Shown here: positions 9,672-19,181 of the stretch, one piece after another
Layout: each line of letters opens with the position of its first letter
Position numbering within the stretch: position 1 is the stretch's first letter
Source: Gemmatimonas sp.
GTDB taxonomy: Bacteria; Gemmatimonadota; Gemmatimonadetes; Gemmatimonadales; Gemmatimonadaceae
Reading direction: 5' to 3'
NCBI GenBank assembly: GCA_965279375.1
Contig: OZ257156.1
Coordinates: 1,248,001-1,312,000 of the forward strand
Length of the DNA: 64,000 nucleotides
Notes under the pieces: model-generated
The model's database searches: none
What the model saw: the letters and a program-made list of their open reading frames with translations, nothing else
What the model was told of the DNA's origin: nothing
Position numbers and translations under genes: made by a program

Positions 9672-10226
9672 ATGGAAAGCTGGCCTGAGCCACGCCGCAT
9701 CTTTCTGCACACATACAACTCACTAGTTCATCTGGCCGAGACAGTTGAGCATGGTCTTGTTGGCGTGCCCGAGAACGGCGCTGGGTCTGCGAGTAAGGCC
9801 AATCGGCTCCAGATTGATGACTGGGTACTGCTCCGCGTGACAGACCCGCTCTATCGCCCCGACCACCTAGTAATCGCGTCCCCTCTCCGAGTAATCGGAG
9901 CCCCCTTCCGGCAATCGCGGGAACCGCGAGATGCCCCGCGTTGGCCGGACCTCCTGTGGAAAGAGGAGAGGGAAGCAGGTGTCTCTCGCTACGGCTTTCG
10001 GATTCCGGTAACGCATGTTGGCACGCCGTTTCGGCAGCTGCAAATCGCCTTTGAAGATCTCGGGAATAGCGGTATCAAGGGACGGAATCGGAAGCTTCTA
10101 GAAGTCCCGAATCAGTGGGGGATCAAGTTCGTATCCAATGTGCTGGATGCGCGCTTCGAGATCGTACGCGTTCTCGATCTGTTGAGTCGCTTCTCGAAGG
10201 ACGCAGCCGGTACCGAGAACGGATGA
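9672..10226 (+). CDS. Hypothetical protein, possible EVE/PUA-like domain
   Basis: GLVGV...RLQIDDWVLL pattern; identical copy at 36477. Confidence 0.6.
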   Translation: MESWPEPRRIFLHTYNSLVHLAETVEHGLVGVPENGAGSASKANRLQIDDWVLLRVTDPLYRPDHLVIASPLRVIGAPFRQSREPRDAPRWPDLLWKEEREAGVSRYGFRIPVTHVGTPFRQLQIAFEDLGNSGIKGRNRKLLEVPNQWGIKFVSNVLDARFEIVRVLDLLSRFSKDAAGTENG

Positions 10227-10411
10227 GTGCCCTACGTGTTGTCTGGTCGACCTCGGAGATGAATCAGCTATCGTGATAGGCTCGCCGGCGAGACCTAGTT
10301 CTGCACGCAGGTATTGCTGATCGGGCCCGTGTTCGTAACATCCCTGACGGCGCTGCATTTCCCGTTCGCGCGGGAACAGCTTCATCTGCGATTCCGTAGC
10401 GGGGGAGGGCC

Positions 10412-10521
10412 ACCTAACCTTGCGTTGCGGCAGACAGGGCCTTCACGGATTGCTCCCTGTTCGCTGCGCTCACTGGTCGCATCCTATTGAAGGGCCCTGC
10501 TGCCGAACGCGCTCGTTAGAT
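10412..10521 (+). repeat. attC site (family A)
   Basis: ACCTAAC...GTTAGAT. Confidence 0.93.
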
Positions 10522-10738
10522 GGCGGCTCCAGCGGCGGTGAGACCGCGAGGTTCTCGAACTCGGGCTGGTGCAGACGGGGGGCAACGCGCTGCAAGGGTG
10601 ACGCTTGCTTAAGTGCGGCGCTGCGGGCGGGTGATGGCGCGGGCGCGTTGCCTTTGCGCAGTCTGTCACCTGTGCGAATACTACGCAGTGTGATCAGCGC
10701 GTCCTTGCCGGCGCAGAGTCAACGAATGGGAGTCCGAA

Positions 10739-11044
10739 ATGCCCGCAACCACAGAGTCGCCCCACCTCACGAAGGTCACCCCCGAGCGACGCGCGCTTGA
10801 GCTCGTGCTGGCCGTCGTGGCGCTCGCCGACCTCGCGTTCGCGTGGTCAGATGTTCACGCCCGGCACGCGGTGCCCTGGACGCGCTGGGCCCAACCGGTG
10901 TGGTTGGTGGGTCTGCTCTTCCTAACCCGACCAAACACGTCGCCGCGATGGCCCACCGTGCATCGGCGTGCACTCGTGGCGACCATCCTCTTTGGCGCGG
11001 GGCTTGCCGTCGCTCGCCTCTGGTCTCTGGGCACGCGTACGTGA
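10739..11044 (+). CDS. Small 3-TM membrane protein (family with 39286, 46627, 61766)
   Basis: GGGAG RBS; AWSD...AVPW..WA.P.W motif. Confidence 0.75.
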   Translation: MPATTESPHLTKVTPERRALELVLAVVALADLAFAWSDVHARHAVPWTRWAQPVWLVGLLFLTRPNTSPRWPTVHRRALVATILFGAGLAVARLWSLGTRT

Positions 11045-11132
11045 CGTGCGCGTCGTTCTCGGTTCGCGTTCCGGCCGGCCCAGGGGCACCGACGAGCTGA
11101 CGTGTACGCTGGACCGCGCACATCGCGCCGCC

Positions 11133-11243
11133 ATCTAACCTTGCGTTGCGGCTCTCAGGGCCTTCAAGGATTGCACGCTTGCTCCCTGCGGTCGCGGCGT
11201 GCAACCTATTGAAGGGCCCTGCAGCCGAACGCGAACGTTAGAC
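11133..11243 (+). repeat. attC site (family A)
   Basis: ATCTAAC...GTTAGAC. Confidence 0.93.
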
Positions 11244-11505
11244 GGCGGTCGCCACTCCGTGCGGTGGCTAGTCTCCAACCGTCGCCGCAAGCAATCGCCC
11301 GGAAGGGACGCGTGTAGCTGGTCCGTCCTAAGGTACGAGTCCGTTGCATGCGAGTAGGAGTCTGAGGACGCGCGTGTCGCCCTCCCACGGGCGGACCGCG
11401 TTCGGCGCGGCCGCGTTCCGAGCGCGCTCGTGGTATGCTTGGGTGACGCCGCGTGCGATGCCCGTTGCGTTCGCCTCGCACTCCCATTCTCTCGCGCTGC
11501 CCATC

Positions 11506-11907
11506 ATGTCTCGTGCGTCCGTGCTTCGCGCCGCCTTGTGGAGTAGCGTCGGCCTCAATGCACTCGGGGTGGCCATCTTGGCGCCCCTCGCCGTCGGGCA
11601 GCCGTCCGCGCGCTGGCCGATCGAGGCGCCCCCGTACTATGCCGGGCAGCTCGCGTACACCATCGGCCTGTTCGGCCTCGTGTATGCGTGGCTGGCGCGC
11701 CAGCCGGTCGTGTCGCGGCCCCTGCTGGTCGTGGGCGCGCTCGGGAAGGCGGGGTTCTTCTTCTTGACGCTCGCGTATGCCGTGGCGGGTGCGGTGCCCC
11801 GCACGCTCGCCCTGCAAGCGACGCCCGATCTCGTCCTCGCGGGGGTGTTCCTGTGGGGCGCGCGCTCGAGCGTGCCGCCCAGCGCAGGGCCGGCCACCGC
11901 CGTCTAA
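11506..11907 (+). CDS. 4-TM membrane protein (paralogue of 16475)
   Basis: hydrophobic; conserved paralogue; TAA in R''. Confidence 0.8.
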   Translation: MSRASVLRAALWSSVGLNALGVAILAPLAVGQPSARWPIEAPPYYAGQLAYTIGLFGLVYAWLARQPVVSRPLLVVGALGKAGFFFLTLAYAVAGAVPRTLALQATPDLVLAGVFLWGARSSVPPSAGPATAV

Positions 11908-12011
11908 CCTCGCGTTGCGGTTGACAGGGCCTGCCGGACTGCGCCCTTGTTCGCTGCGCTCACCGGGCGCATCCTATGGCAGGGCCCTGCAACCGAACGC
12001 AATCGTTAGCT
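11902..12011 (+). repeat. attC site (family A)
   Basis: GTCTAAC...GTTAGCT. Confidence 0.93.
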
Positions 12012-12299
12012 AGCGTTCGATGAAGGCGGGCGCGTCCGTTGCCTTTGGATGCGTTCGGCGGCAACAGAGCGCGTTGAGCTGATGGCTCGTGGCACAAAAC
12101 CGCGGACGCGGTGCACGCGGGCGACTGTGGACGTGCGAGCCAAGGAGTGCGCCAAGCACGCGGCGCCGGAAGGTCTGCTTCTGGGACCCGAGGCTTGACG
12201 GGGTTCGGTGCACCGGGCGAACGTCACTCGTCTGGTCGCACGACGAATGTCGGGCGCATCCGCTTGGTGTTGTGCGCCGACCCACGCCTCGGAGTACAA

Positions 12300-12725
12300 A
12301 TGGCACTTGCTGCATTGGAACGCTGGTCGCCGCGACGAATGCTCGCGCTGTGGATCGGAGGAGTCGGCTTACAGGCCGTGCTCCTCTTTGGGCCGCTGTG
12401 GTGGGCGGTTTCGAACGCGGCGCCGCAGCGCGCGGCCATCCAAGCCGTCCACGAGCGCTGGGACATCGCGGAGCGGGCCGACTCGCTGTCGGTGGCGTCG
12501 CAGCGTGCGGCCGAGGCGGCGCGCCACGGCTCGTCCGCGGCGGGCCCGGTCGGCGTCGTGCGGGTGCCCTCTATGCGACAGTCCATCGTCGCCCGTGGCC
12601 CCACGACGCCGTCCTGGTTGGCGCGCACGCTGTCCACGCTGTGGCTGTACGGGATTCCGGTGACGCTCCTGCTGCTCACGGCCGCGTGGTGGCGCCGTCG
12701 TCCCGCGCGCCCGACACTTGCGTGA
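12300..12725 (+). CDS. 2-TM membrane protein
   Basis: GGAG RBS; two hydrophobic helices. Confidence 0.65.
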   Translation: MALAALERWSPRRMLALWIGGVGLQAVLLFGPLWWAVSNAAPQRAAIQAVHERWDIAERADSLSVASQRAAEAARHGSSAAGPVGVVRVPSMRQSIVARGPTTPSWLARTLSTLWLYGIPVTLLLLTAAWWRRRPARPTLA

Positions 12726-12745
12726 CGCGTAGTCGCCGCCACGCT

Positions 12746-12855
12746 AGCTAACCGTGCGTTGCGGCAGACAGGGCCTTTATGGATTGCTCCCTGTTCGCTT
12801 CGCTCACTGGTCGCATCCTGTTGAAGGGCCCTGCTGCCGAACGCGATCGTTAGGG
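12746..12855 (+). repeat. attC site (family A)
   Basis: AGCTAAC...GTTAGGG. Confidence 0.93.
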
Positions 12856-12906
12856 CGCAAACGATCATGGTGTCAGTGCAACTCAACGAATCAGGAGACA
12901 CGAAAC

Positions 12907-13395
12907 GTGAAGCCAATCTGGGGTCTCATCGGCGGCTACGGCACTCTGGTCCTACTCGCGTTCTGCGCGTACCACGCCCATCCCAAAGACTCCACTTCTG
13001 GGAGTCGCGCGCAACAGTACTCTCTTACGGTCATCATTGGCATCACCGGGGTGGTCCTTGGTTGGCTGGTGGGCCTTTTGGTCTCCCCATACGAAGGGAA
13101 CGAGGTTGATCGTTTCGCAGCGCTAGCAACGGCCGCCACCTCGTTCGTCTCTGGCTATTTGGTGAGCAAGATTGACCCAGCGATCACGGACGCACTCTCG
13201 AAGGAGAAGATCGGCAGTGGTGGCGGAACATACTTCATGCGCCTTCTCGTGTTTGTGTCGTGCGTTATGATCGGAAGTATCACCATGTATAGCTTTCGGG
13301 CTTACATTGGTGACTCGCGTCCATTGCCGCGTGCGCAGACGAAATCACCATCCGAAGGTGCGGCGCAGGCTGATTCGACGCGCGATGCGCCCTAA
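12907..13395 (+). CDS. 4-TM membrane protein
   Basis: AGGAG RBS before GTG; TAA in R''. Confidence 0.7.
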   Translation: MKPIWGLIGGYGTLVLLAFCAYHAHPKDSTSGSRAQQYSLTVIIGITGVVLGWLVGLLVSPYEGNEVDRFAALATAATSFVSGYLVSKIDPAITDALSKEKIGSGGGTYFMRLLVFVSCVMIGSITMYSFRAYIGDSRPLPRAQTKSPSEGAAQADSTRDAP

Positions 13396-13497
13396 CATCG
13401 CCTTGCTGCTGTCAGGGCGGTAAGGAAGCACCCTGTTCGTTGCGCTCACTGGTCGCAATTTATGGAAGTGCCCTCCAGCAGAACGCTACCGTTAGGG
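13390..13497 (+). repeat. attC site (family A, drifted)
   Basis: CCCTAAC...GTTAGGG with several stem mismatches. Confidence 0.85.
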
Positions 13498-13524
13498 CGC
13501 AAGCACATATCTACTTGGAGTCCG

Positions 13525-14223
13525 ATGCTGATAGGCTATGGAGAGGACTCTCTCACAATCGCGGTGCTACTGACGCACACGCCCCGCCTTCTGATGGCGC
13601 TTGGCGACGCGACAGAAGGCAATCGAGTGCTCACTCTCTATAGGCCATCCTTCGGCCGCCGCGCTGTAAGTGGGCGGCGGGGCCCGCCCTGCGTGTTCGG
13701 GGATTTCGACGCGATAATAATCACTCCAGAGTGCACCTATCTGATTGAGTCCAAGCGCACCGGATCGAGTGAGACGGAGGGTGCGGAGGTGCACCTGCGC
13801 AAGGAGCAGGTATGCCGCCACGCGGTCATGCGGGCATACATCGAGGAATGGCACGCGACCCGGGCTACCGGGTGGGACGACTTCATACGGCGTAGCGGCA
13901 TCGCAGGCCGCCTCCACGCACTCGGCCGGCAATTGCCACCCTCAGGTTCGAGACTTGCGGAGAATCTCCGGTATGTACTGAATATGGCGTCAATATCCTC
14001 GGGGCAGGTGCAAGATGTTCTGCTTTTCCTTCGCGACCTGTCCGCTACCGGCCCAAACGCCTCACCACCGACGGTTGTGACTGAGGTAGGCTTTGTCGTC
14101 GTCCACGCGCGAATTGACACCATTAACCATGGATGGACGATGATCGCGCCGGCTACCGTAGCTCCATCAGTTGAGTTTTGGCTCTCTCCGTTCAAGTCGT
14201 ATCGAATCGCACCCGTACCTTGA
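13525..14223 (+). CDS. PD-(D/E)xK nuclease-like protein
   Basis: FGDFDAII...LIESKR motif; GGAG RBS. Confidence 0.65.
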   Translation: MLIGYGEDSLTIAVLLTHTPRLLMALGDATEGNRVLTLYRPSFGRRAVSGRRGPPCVFGDFDAIIITPECTYLIESKRTGSSETEGAEVHLRKEQVCRHAVMRAYIEEWHATRATGWDDFIRRSGIAGRLHALGRQLPPSGSRLAENLRYVLNMASISSGQVQDVLLFLRDLSATGPNASPPTVVTEVGFVVVHARIDTINHGWTMIAPATVAPSVEFWLSPFKSYRIAPVP

Positions 14224-14322
14224 GTCGCGGTAAATGCGGCCTGTCAGAAATGCAAGCGTGCTCGATGCGCTCGCAGAACGCAGCCATTGTAAGGCCGATA
14301 TCACGGAACGCGAACACTAGAG
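14212..14322 (+). repeat. Decayed attC site
   Basis: CCCGTACCTTGAGTCGC...CTCGATGCGCTCGC...GAACGCGAACACTAGAG; 111 bp like family A, both core sites mutated. Confidence 0.75.
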
Positions 14323-14338
14323 CGCAAGCCGGATCTTT

Positions 14339-14980
14339 ATGAACTCCAAGATCGCGAAGTGGCATCGCTGGCTCGAGGAGATCAACCCTCAGATGCGATC
14401 CCTACTCTGGTCTCGCCAGATCTACAACGAGACACTGTTCGTCATTCGGTCGAACCCGTTGTTGCCCCAAAGAAACTCATTCCTTAGCGCGATGCAGCTG
14501 TGGTACGAGGCATCCGCGCTATCGGGAATCCGCCGTCAGCTCAAATCATCTACTCAAAGCATCTCCTTGGTCCGGCTAGTTGAGGAAATCCGTGATCAGT
14601 CTGAGCTACTGAGCCGTGCGCGATGGAGGACACTACACGCCACCGCGGCATTCCCAGAGTACGCCGATGCAGTGTTCAGCAAGTATGCCGGGAATGCCGA
14701 GTGCATCGGCCGCGCGCAGGTCGACGCCGATCTCGCAGCGCTCAGCCGTATAGCGCTAAAGTGTGAGACGTTTGCCGACAAGCGCCTGGCGCACCATGAT
14801 AGAGGAGCCGAGCCAGAACTCCCCACCTACGAAAATCTGGACGCGACGCTCGACAATCTGAACGGCCTGTTCAAGAAGTACCATGTACTAGTTACGACGA
14901 AGAGCGTGTCGACAGAAACTAGTATTGCGTACAACTGGAAGAGCATATTTCAACAGCCATGGTTGCCGATTGCGCCCTAA
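14339..14980 (+). CDS. AbiU2-like HEPN protein
   Basis: ISLVRL and FADKRLAHHD motifs; TAA in R''. Confidence 0.65.
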   Translation: MNSKIAKWHRWLEEINPQMRSLLWSRQIYNETLFVIRSNPLLPQRNSFLSAMQLWYEASALSGIRRQLKSSTQSISLVRLVEEIRDQSELLSRARWRTLHATAAFPEYADAVFSKYAGNAECIGRAQVDADLAALSRIALKCETFADKRLAHHDRGAEPELPTYENLDATLDNLNGLFKKYHVLVTTKSVSTETSIAYNWKSIFQQPWLPIAP

Positions 14981-15085
14981 CCTTGCGTTGCGCTTGACAG
15001 GGCCGCGAAGGATGGCGGCCTGTTCGCTGGCGCTCACTGGCCGCAATTTATGGAAGGGCCCTGCAAGCGAACGCGATCGTTAGAC
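14975..15085 (+). repeat. attC site (family A)
   Basis: CCCTAAC...GTTAGAC. Confidence 0.93.
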
Positions 15086-15117
15086 CGCTTCACTCTTGAC
15101 CCGTTGATTCAGCGTCT

Positions 15118-16077
15118 ATGAGCACTGAACCAGTTGGCTTCCTCGTGGAGAAGTTCGTGGCCGCAGACGATCTACTCGACGCGCTGTCGCGGCGAGACTC
15201 ACGCTGGGCAGCGAGTCCTACCTCGTGGATCTTCCGAGGACAGTCTGATTCCCGCTGGGAATTGGTTCCGAGCGCTCTACGCACAAATGCAGAGTTTAGC
15301 TACGGGCCGAACTCCTTCTACAAGCGAGGAGCGCTCTTCCATGAGCAGATTACCGCCGAAGCGACTCTCGTTCGCACATTCCTTTCGGAGCTAGATCGAA
15401 ACGGAATCGCGTTGCCGTCGGATGCGTCTTGGCGGTGGAATGACATGATGAAGATGTTCGATGATCTGCTCAACCACGGGAAGTTTGCGTATTGGCCGCC
15501 TACTGACCTCATTCCACTGTTTGCCTTGGCCCAGCATTCAGGCGTTCCAACCCGACTTCTCGACTGGACTGCGAGGCCGCTAGTAGCCGCCTATTTCGCG
15601 GCCGTGGATGCCGCGCGCGCGTTCGCGACTGGAATGGCTTCAGACACGCATCTTGCCGTTTGGGCACTCAGAACAGAGCAGGCCCGTGCCGTCGTGATGG
15701 TCGACATAGAGAAGCCTCGTCAGCCTGAAATTCAACTCGTTGGCGCACCTCGTTCCACAAATCCCAATCTGCACGCGCAAGACGGAAGATTCACACTCTT
15801 GGTAGACAACACCATCGGTTGGAACTCTCCGGCGGCTGTCCCCTCGCTCGATGGACTCATGCGCGCCCGACTTGAAGAAGCGGCACAGGCGGGACGAGAA
15901 ATTAGAAGTCCACCGCTGAGAAAGCTCGAACTTCCCATCTCGGAAGCCGGAGCGCTACTCCGGCTACTCTCGGCAGAGTGGGTGAGCGCGTCGTCCATCT
16001 ATCCTGGGATGCGCGGTGTCGTCGAGGCAATACGCGAGCGGGGTTTGTGGGACACTGCCGCGCAGAAGGTTTCGTAA
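15118..16077 (+). CDS. FRG domain protein
   Basis: WIFRGQ, AQHSGVPTRLLDWT, AQDGRF motifs. Confidence 0.9.
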   Translation: MSTEPVGFLVEKFVAADDLLDALSRRDSRWAASPTSWIFRGQSDSRWELVPSALRTNAEFSYGPNSFYKRGALFHEQITAEATLVRTFLSELDRNGIALPSDASWRWNDMMKMFDDLLNHGKFAYWPPTDLIPLFALAQHSGVPTRLLDWTARPLVAAYFAAVDAARAFATGMASDTHLAVWALRTEQARAVVMVDIEKPRQPEIQLVGAPRSTNPNLHAQDGRFTLLVDNTIGWNSPAAVPSLDGLMRARLEEAAQAGREIRSPPLRKLELPISEAGALLRLLSAEWVSASSIYPGMRGVVEAIRERGLWDTAAQKVS

Positions 16078-16091
16078 CCTGTGCCAAAGCG

Positions 16092-16202
16092 GTCTAACCT
16101 TGCGTTGCGCTTGACAGGGCCGCGATGGTTGGCGGCCTGTTCGCTGGCGCTCACTGGCCGCAATTTATGGAAGGGCCCTGCAAGCGAACGCGCTCGTTAG
16201 AC
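16092..16202 (+). repeat. attC site (family A)
   Basis: GTCTAAC...GTTAGAC. Confidence 0.93.
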
Positions 16203-16474
16203 GGCGGTCGCCACTCCTCTCGGTGGCTAGCCTCCCATCGTCGCCGCAAGCAATTGCCCTGAAGGGCCGCGTGTAGATGGTCCGTGCTGCGGCCCGAGTC
16301 TGTGGTAGCCGAAGCGGAGTTTGAGGCGTGTCAGGACGTGCGAGCCCGCCCTCCCACGGGCGGACGGCGTTCGGCGCGGCCGCGCTCCGTGGGCGCTGGT
16401 GGTATGCTTGGGGGACGCCTCGTGCGGTGCCCATTGCCAACGCCTCGCGCTTTCATCCTTTCGCGCTGCCTGTT

Positions 16475-16876
16475 ATGTCCCGTGCGTCCGTGCTGCGTGC
16501 CGCCTTGTGGAGTAGCGTCGGCCTCAATGCGCTCGGCGTGGCGATCTTGGTGCCGCTCGCCCTCGGGAGGCCGTCCCCCCGCTGGCCGATGGAGGCGCCG
16601 CCGTACTACGCGGCGCAGCTCGCGTACACCATCGGCCTGTTCGGGCTGGTGTATGCGTGGCTGGCCCGCCAGCCGGTGGTGTCGCGGCCCCTGCTGGTCG
16701 TGGGCGCGCTCGGGAAGGCGGGGTTCTTTCTCCTGACGCTCGCGTATGCCGTGGCGGGCGTCGTGCCCCGCACGCTCGCGCTGCAAGCGACGCCCGATCT
16801 CGTCCTCGCGGTGGTATTCCTGTGGGGGGCGCGCCCGAGCGTGCCGCCCGGCGCAGGGCAGGCAACCGCCGTCTAA
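16475..16876 (+). CDS. 4-TM membrane protein (paralogue of 11506)
   Basis: near-identical protein; TAA in R''. Confidence 0.8.
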   Translation: MSRASVLRAALWSSVGLNALGVAILVPLALGRPSPRWPMEAPPYYAAQLAYTIGLFGLVYAWLARQPVVSRPLLVVGALGKAGFFLLTLAYAVAGVVPRTLALQATPDLVLAVVFLWGARPSVPPGAGQATAV

Positions 16877-16983
16877 CCTCGCGTTGCGGTTGACAGGGCC
16901 TTCACGGAGTGCGGCCTATTGCTCGCTGCGCTCGCGGGCCGCATCCTGTTGAAGGGCCCTGCAACCGAACGCAATCGTTAGCT
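16871..16983 (+). repeat. attC site (family A)
   Basis: GTCTAAC...GTTAGCT. Confidence 0.93.
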
Positions 16984-17026
16984 GGCTGCCAGGGTCCGCT
17001 TGACCGCGAGGGCGTCAGGGCTCCAT

Positions 17027-17040
17027 TCTTACTGGTAAGA
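17027..17040. promoter_or_regulatory. Candidate TA operator palindrome TCTTAC-TG-GTAAGA
   Basis: 6-bp inverted repeat just upstream of antitoxin start; TTGACC at 17000. Confidence 0.5.
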
Positions 17041-17057
17041 CTTCTCCGGAGACTGTC

Positions 17058-17321
17058 ATGCCCGATGCCGCCACGACCACGCTCTCATCCAAGGGCCAAG
17101 TCGTCATTCCCGAAGCCATCCGCGAGCGCCTCGGTCTGAAGACGGGTGCCCAGTTCGTCGTCGTGGCCGATCGCGACGTCGTGATTCTCAAAGTGTTGGA
17201 GGCCCCGGCGCTGTCCGAGTTTGCGGCGCTGACGGCGCAGGCGCGTCGCGTCGCAAAGGCGAGTCGTCTCAAGCCGGCCGACGTCCCCCGGGCGATCGCG
17301 AAGGTACGCCGCTCGAAGTGA
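17058..17321 (+). CDS. AbrB/MazE/SpoVT-family antitoxin
   Basis: LSSKGQVVIPEAIRERLGL. Confidence 0.9.
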   Translation: MPDAATTTLSSKGQVVIPEAIRERLGLKTGAQFVVVADRDVVILKVLEAPALSEFAALTAQARRVAKASRLKPADVPRAIAKVRRSK

Positions 17322-17740
17322 ACGTCGTCCTCGATACGAACGTCCTGGTTTCGGGGCTCCTCTTCGGTGGCGTACCCGGGCGCATCCTCACCGCGTGGAA
17401 CGCAGGGCGTGTCACCCTCGTGCTGTCGCCGCCGATCCTCGACGAGTATCGCCGGGTGGGTCTCGAGCTCGCGAAGGGACGGGCGCCCCTCATTGAGGCG
17501 CTCGATGCCCTCCTCGCCATGCTCACCGTCCACGCGACGCTCGTGGACGCGCCCGCGTTGGCCACGCGCGTGAGTGAGGATCCCGACGACGACATGTTCC
17601 TCGCCGCCGCACTCGCCGCGCACGCGCGCCTCATTGTGTCCGGTGACAAGCACCTGCTGCGCGTGTCGGGTTGGGCGGGGATCGAGGTGGTGAAAGCGCG
17701 CACGTTCGTCGATCGCTATCTCACCCCGAGTGACGCGTAG
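17318..17740 (+). CDS. PIN-domain (VapC-like) toxin
   Basis: VVLDTNVLVS, DPDDD.FL, IVSGDKHLL; overlaps antitoxin stop. Confidence 0.9.
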   Translation: MNVVLDTNVLVSGLLFGGVPGRILTAWNAGRVTLVLSPPILDEYRRVGLELAKGRAPLIEALDALLAMLTVHATLVDAPALATRVSEDPDDDMFLAAALAAHARLIVSGDKHLLRVSGWAGIEVVKARTFVDRYLTPSDA

Positions 17741-17783
17741 TGGTGTGCGCGGGGGCCGAGGACGCCGGGTCGTCGTGACAGCC

Positions 17784-17893
17784 AGCTAACAGCGCGTTGC
17801 TGTTGGCAACGGCTTCACGGATTGCGGCCTGTTCGCTGCGCTCACTGGCCGCAACTTATTGAAAGCCGTTGCAACAGAACGCAATCGTTAGAT
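17784..17893 (+). repeat. attC site (family A variant)
   Basis: AGCTAAC...GTTAGAT. Confidence 0.92.
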
Positions 17894-17978
17894 GGCGCTA
17901 CATTCGCTCAGCTGCTCGAGGGTGCGGAGACGCTATCAGAAGACCTCTCACCACCAACACACTATGGGGATCGCTTGA

Positions 17979-18899
17979 ATGAACGATGCGAGTGAGAGCC
18001 TTCAGACTGCGCCGGGAAGGCAACCTGTCTGCTTCGTCATCATGCCGATCTCAGATGTCGAGCCGTACCAGAAAGGTCACTTCCGGCGCGTGTATGAGCA
18101 TCTGATTCGACCGGCGTGCGTGCTTGCGGGAATGCAGCCAATCCGCGTTGATGATTCATTGCAGAGCGGTCATATCGTGCTGGAGATTCTGCGCCAGCTA
18201 TTGGAGGCCGATATGGCTATCTGTGACCTCAGCTCGCGTAACCCAAATGTCTTCTACGAACTTGGCGTCCGGCAGGCATTCGAGAAGCCCGTATGTCTCA
18301 TCAAGGACAGTCGTACCGAGCGAGTTTTTGACATTCAAGGCCTTCGAGATATCGAGTACGACGAGAGCTTACGCATCGATACCGTAGAACAAGTGATATC
18401 GCAGATCGCGCGCTCGCTTACGGAAACGCTATCTGCCCAAAGGTCGTCCGGTGAGGCCCAGGTCGGCTCCTTCGTTCAACTCCTTGGACTCCGCGCAGCT
18501 GCGCTTCCGCGGCCGACCGAAGTCTCAGCAGAAACGAGTCTCTTGCTCGATTCGATATCGGAGCTCTCGAGCAGGTTCGCCATGCTCGAGGAGTCAGTTA
18601 GGCGAGCGGCCGCTCCGAGAGGCGATTATCGCATCAACTCCACACCGCAGAGCATAGGAGAGGCCCTCGAGCAGCATGATCATCGACTTAGACGCAAGAG
18701 TCACCTTGAACTTGCGCGGCTGTACGAGTCTGGTACGCGAGTTCGGTCGCTCAAGTTCGGCGACGGAACCGTAGCGGAGCTGGATGTTCGAGGCCCAGAG
18801 CCGAAAGTACGCATAGACTTCGACGATGAGGCGGTGGGACGAAAGACAATGGTGCTTAGCCGCGCGCAACTGGATGTTATCGGCTTGGACGGCCTTTAG
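17979..18899 (+). CDS. Nucleoside 2-deoxyribosyltransferase-like domain fused to PcrA/UvrD-type Tudor domain
   Basis: CFVIMP, ICDLSSRNPNVFYELG; C-term GTRVRSLKFGDGTV...IDFD..VGRK. Confidence 0.75.
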   Translation: MNDASESLQTAPGRQPVCFVIMPISDVEPYQKGHFRRVYEHLIRPACVLAGMQPIRVDDSLQSGHIVLEILRQLLEADMAICDLSSRNPNVFYELGVRQAFEKPVCLIKDSRTERVFDIQGLRDIEYDESLRIDTVEQVISQIARSLTETLSAQRSSGEAQVGSFVQLLGLRAAALPRPTEVSAETSLLLDSISELSSRFAMLEESVRRAAAPRGDYRINSTPQSIGEALEQHDHRLRRKSHLELARLYESGTRVRSLKFGDGTVAELDVRGPEPKVRIDFDDEAVGRKTMVLSRAQLDVIGLDGL

Positions 18900-18911
18900 T
18901 CGGCCCGCGCC

Positions 18912-19022
18912 ATCTAACCTTGCGTTGCGCTTGACAGGGCCTCCAAGGATTGCGGCCTTGCTCGTTGCACTCGCCGGCCGCAACCTATGGGAGGGCCCTG
19001 CAAGCGAACGCCATCGTTAGGC
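18912..19022 (+). repeat. attC site (family A)
   Basis: ATCTAAC...GTTAGGC. Confidence 0.93.
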
Positions 19023-19181
19023 GGCGTTCTAGCCTACTGTGGAACAATGGAACCGGCGCGGCGGTAGGCTCTGTCGGCTCAGTGGTGCGTGCGTCGGCGC
19101 GCGGCGACGATGGCTAGGCAGGTGGCGTGGCACCCGAATGGGACCCGCCGTAGGCGAATCTCAATGCGGACGGAGCGACGG

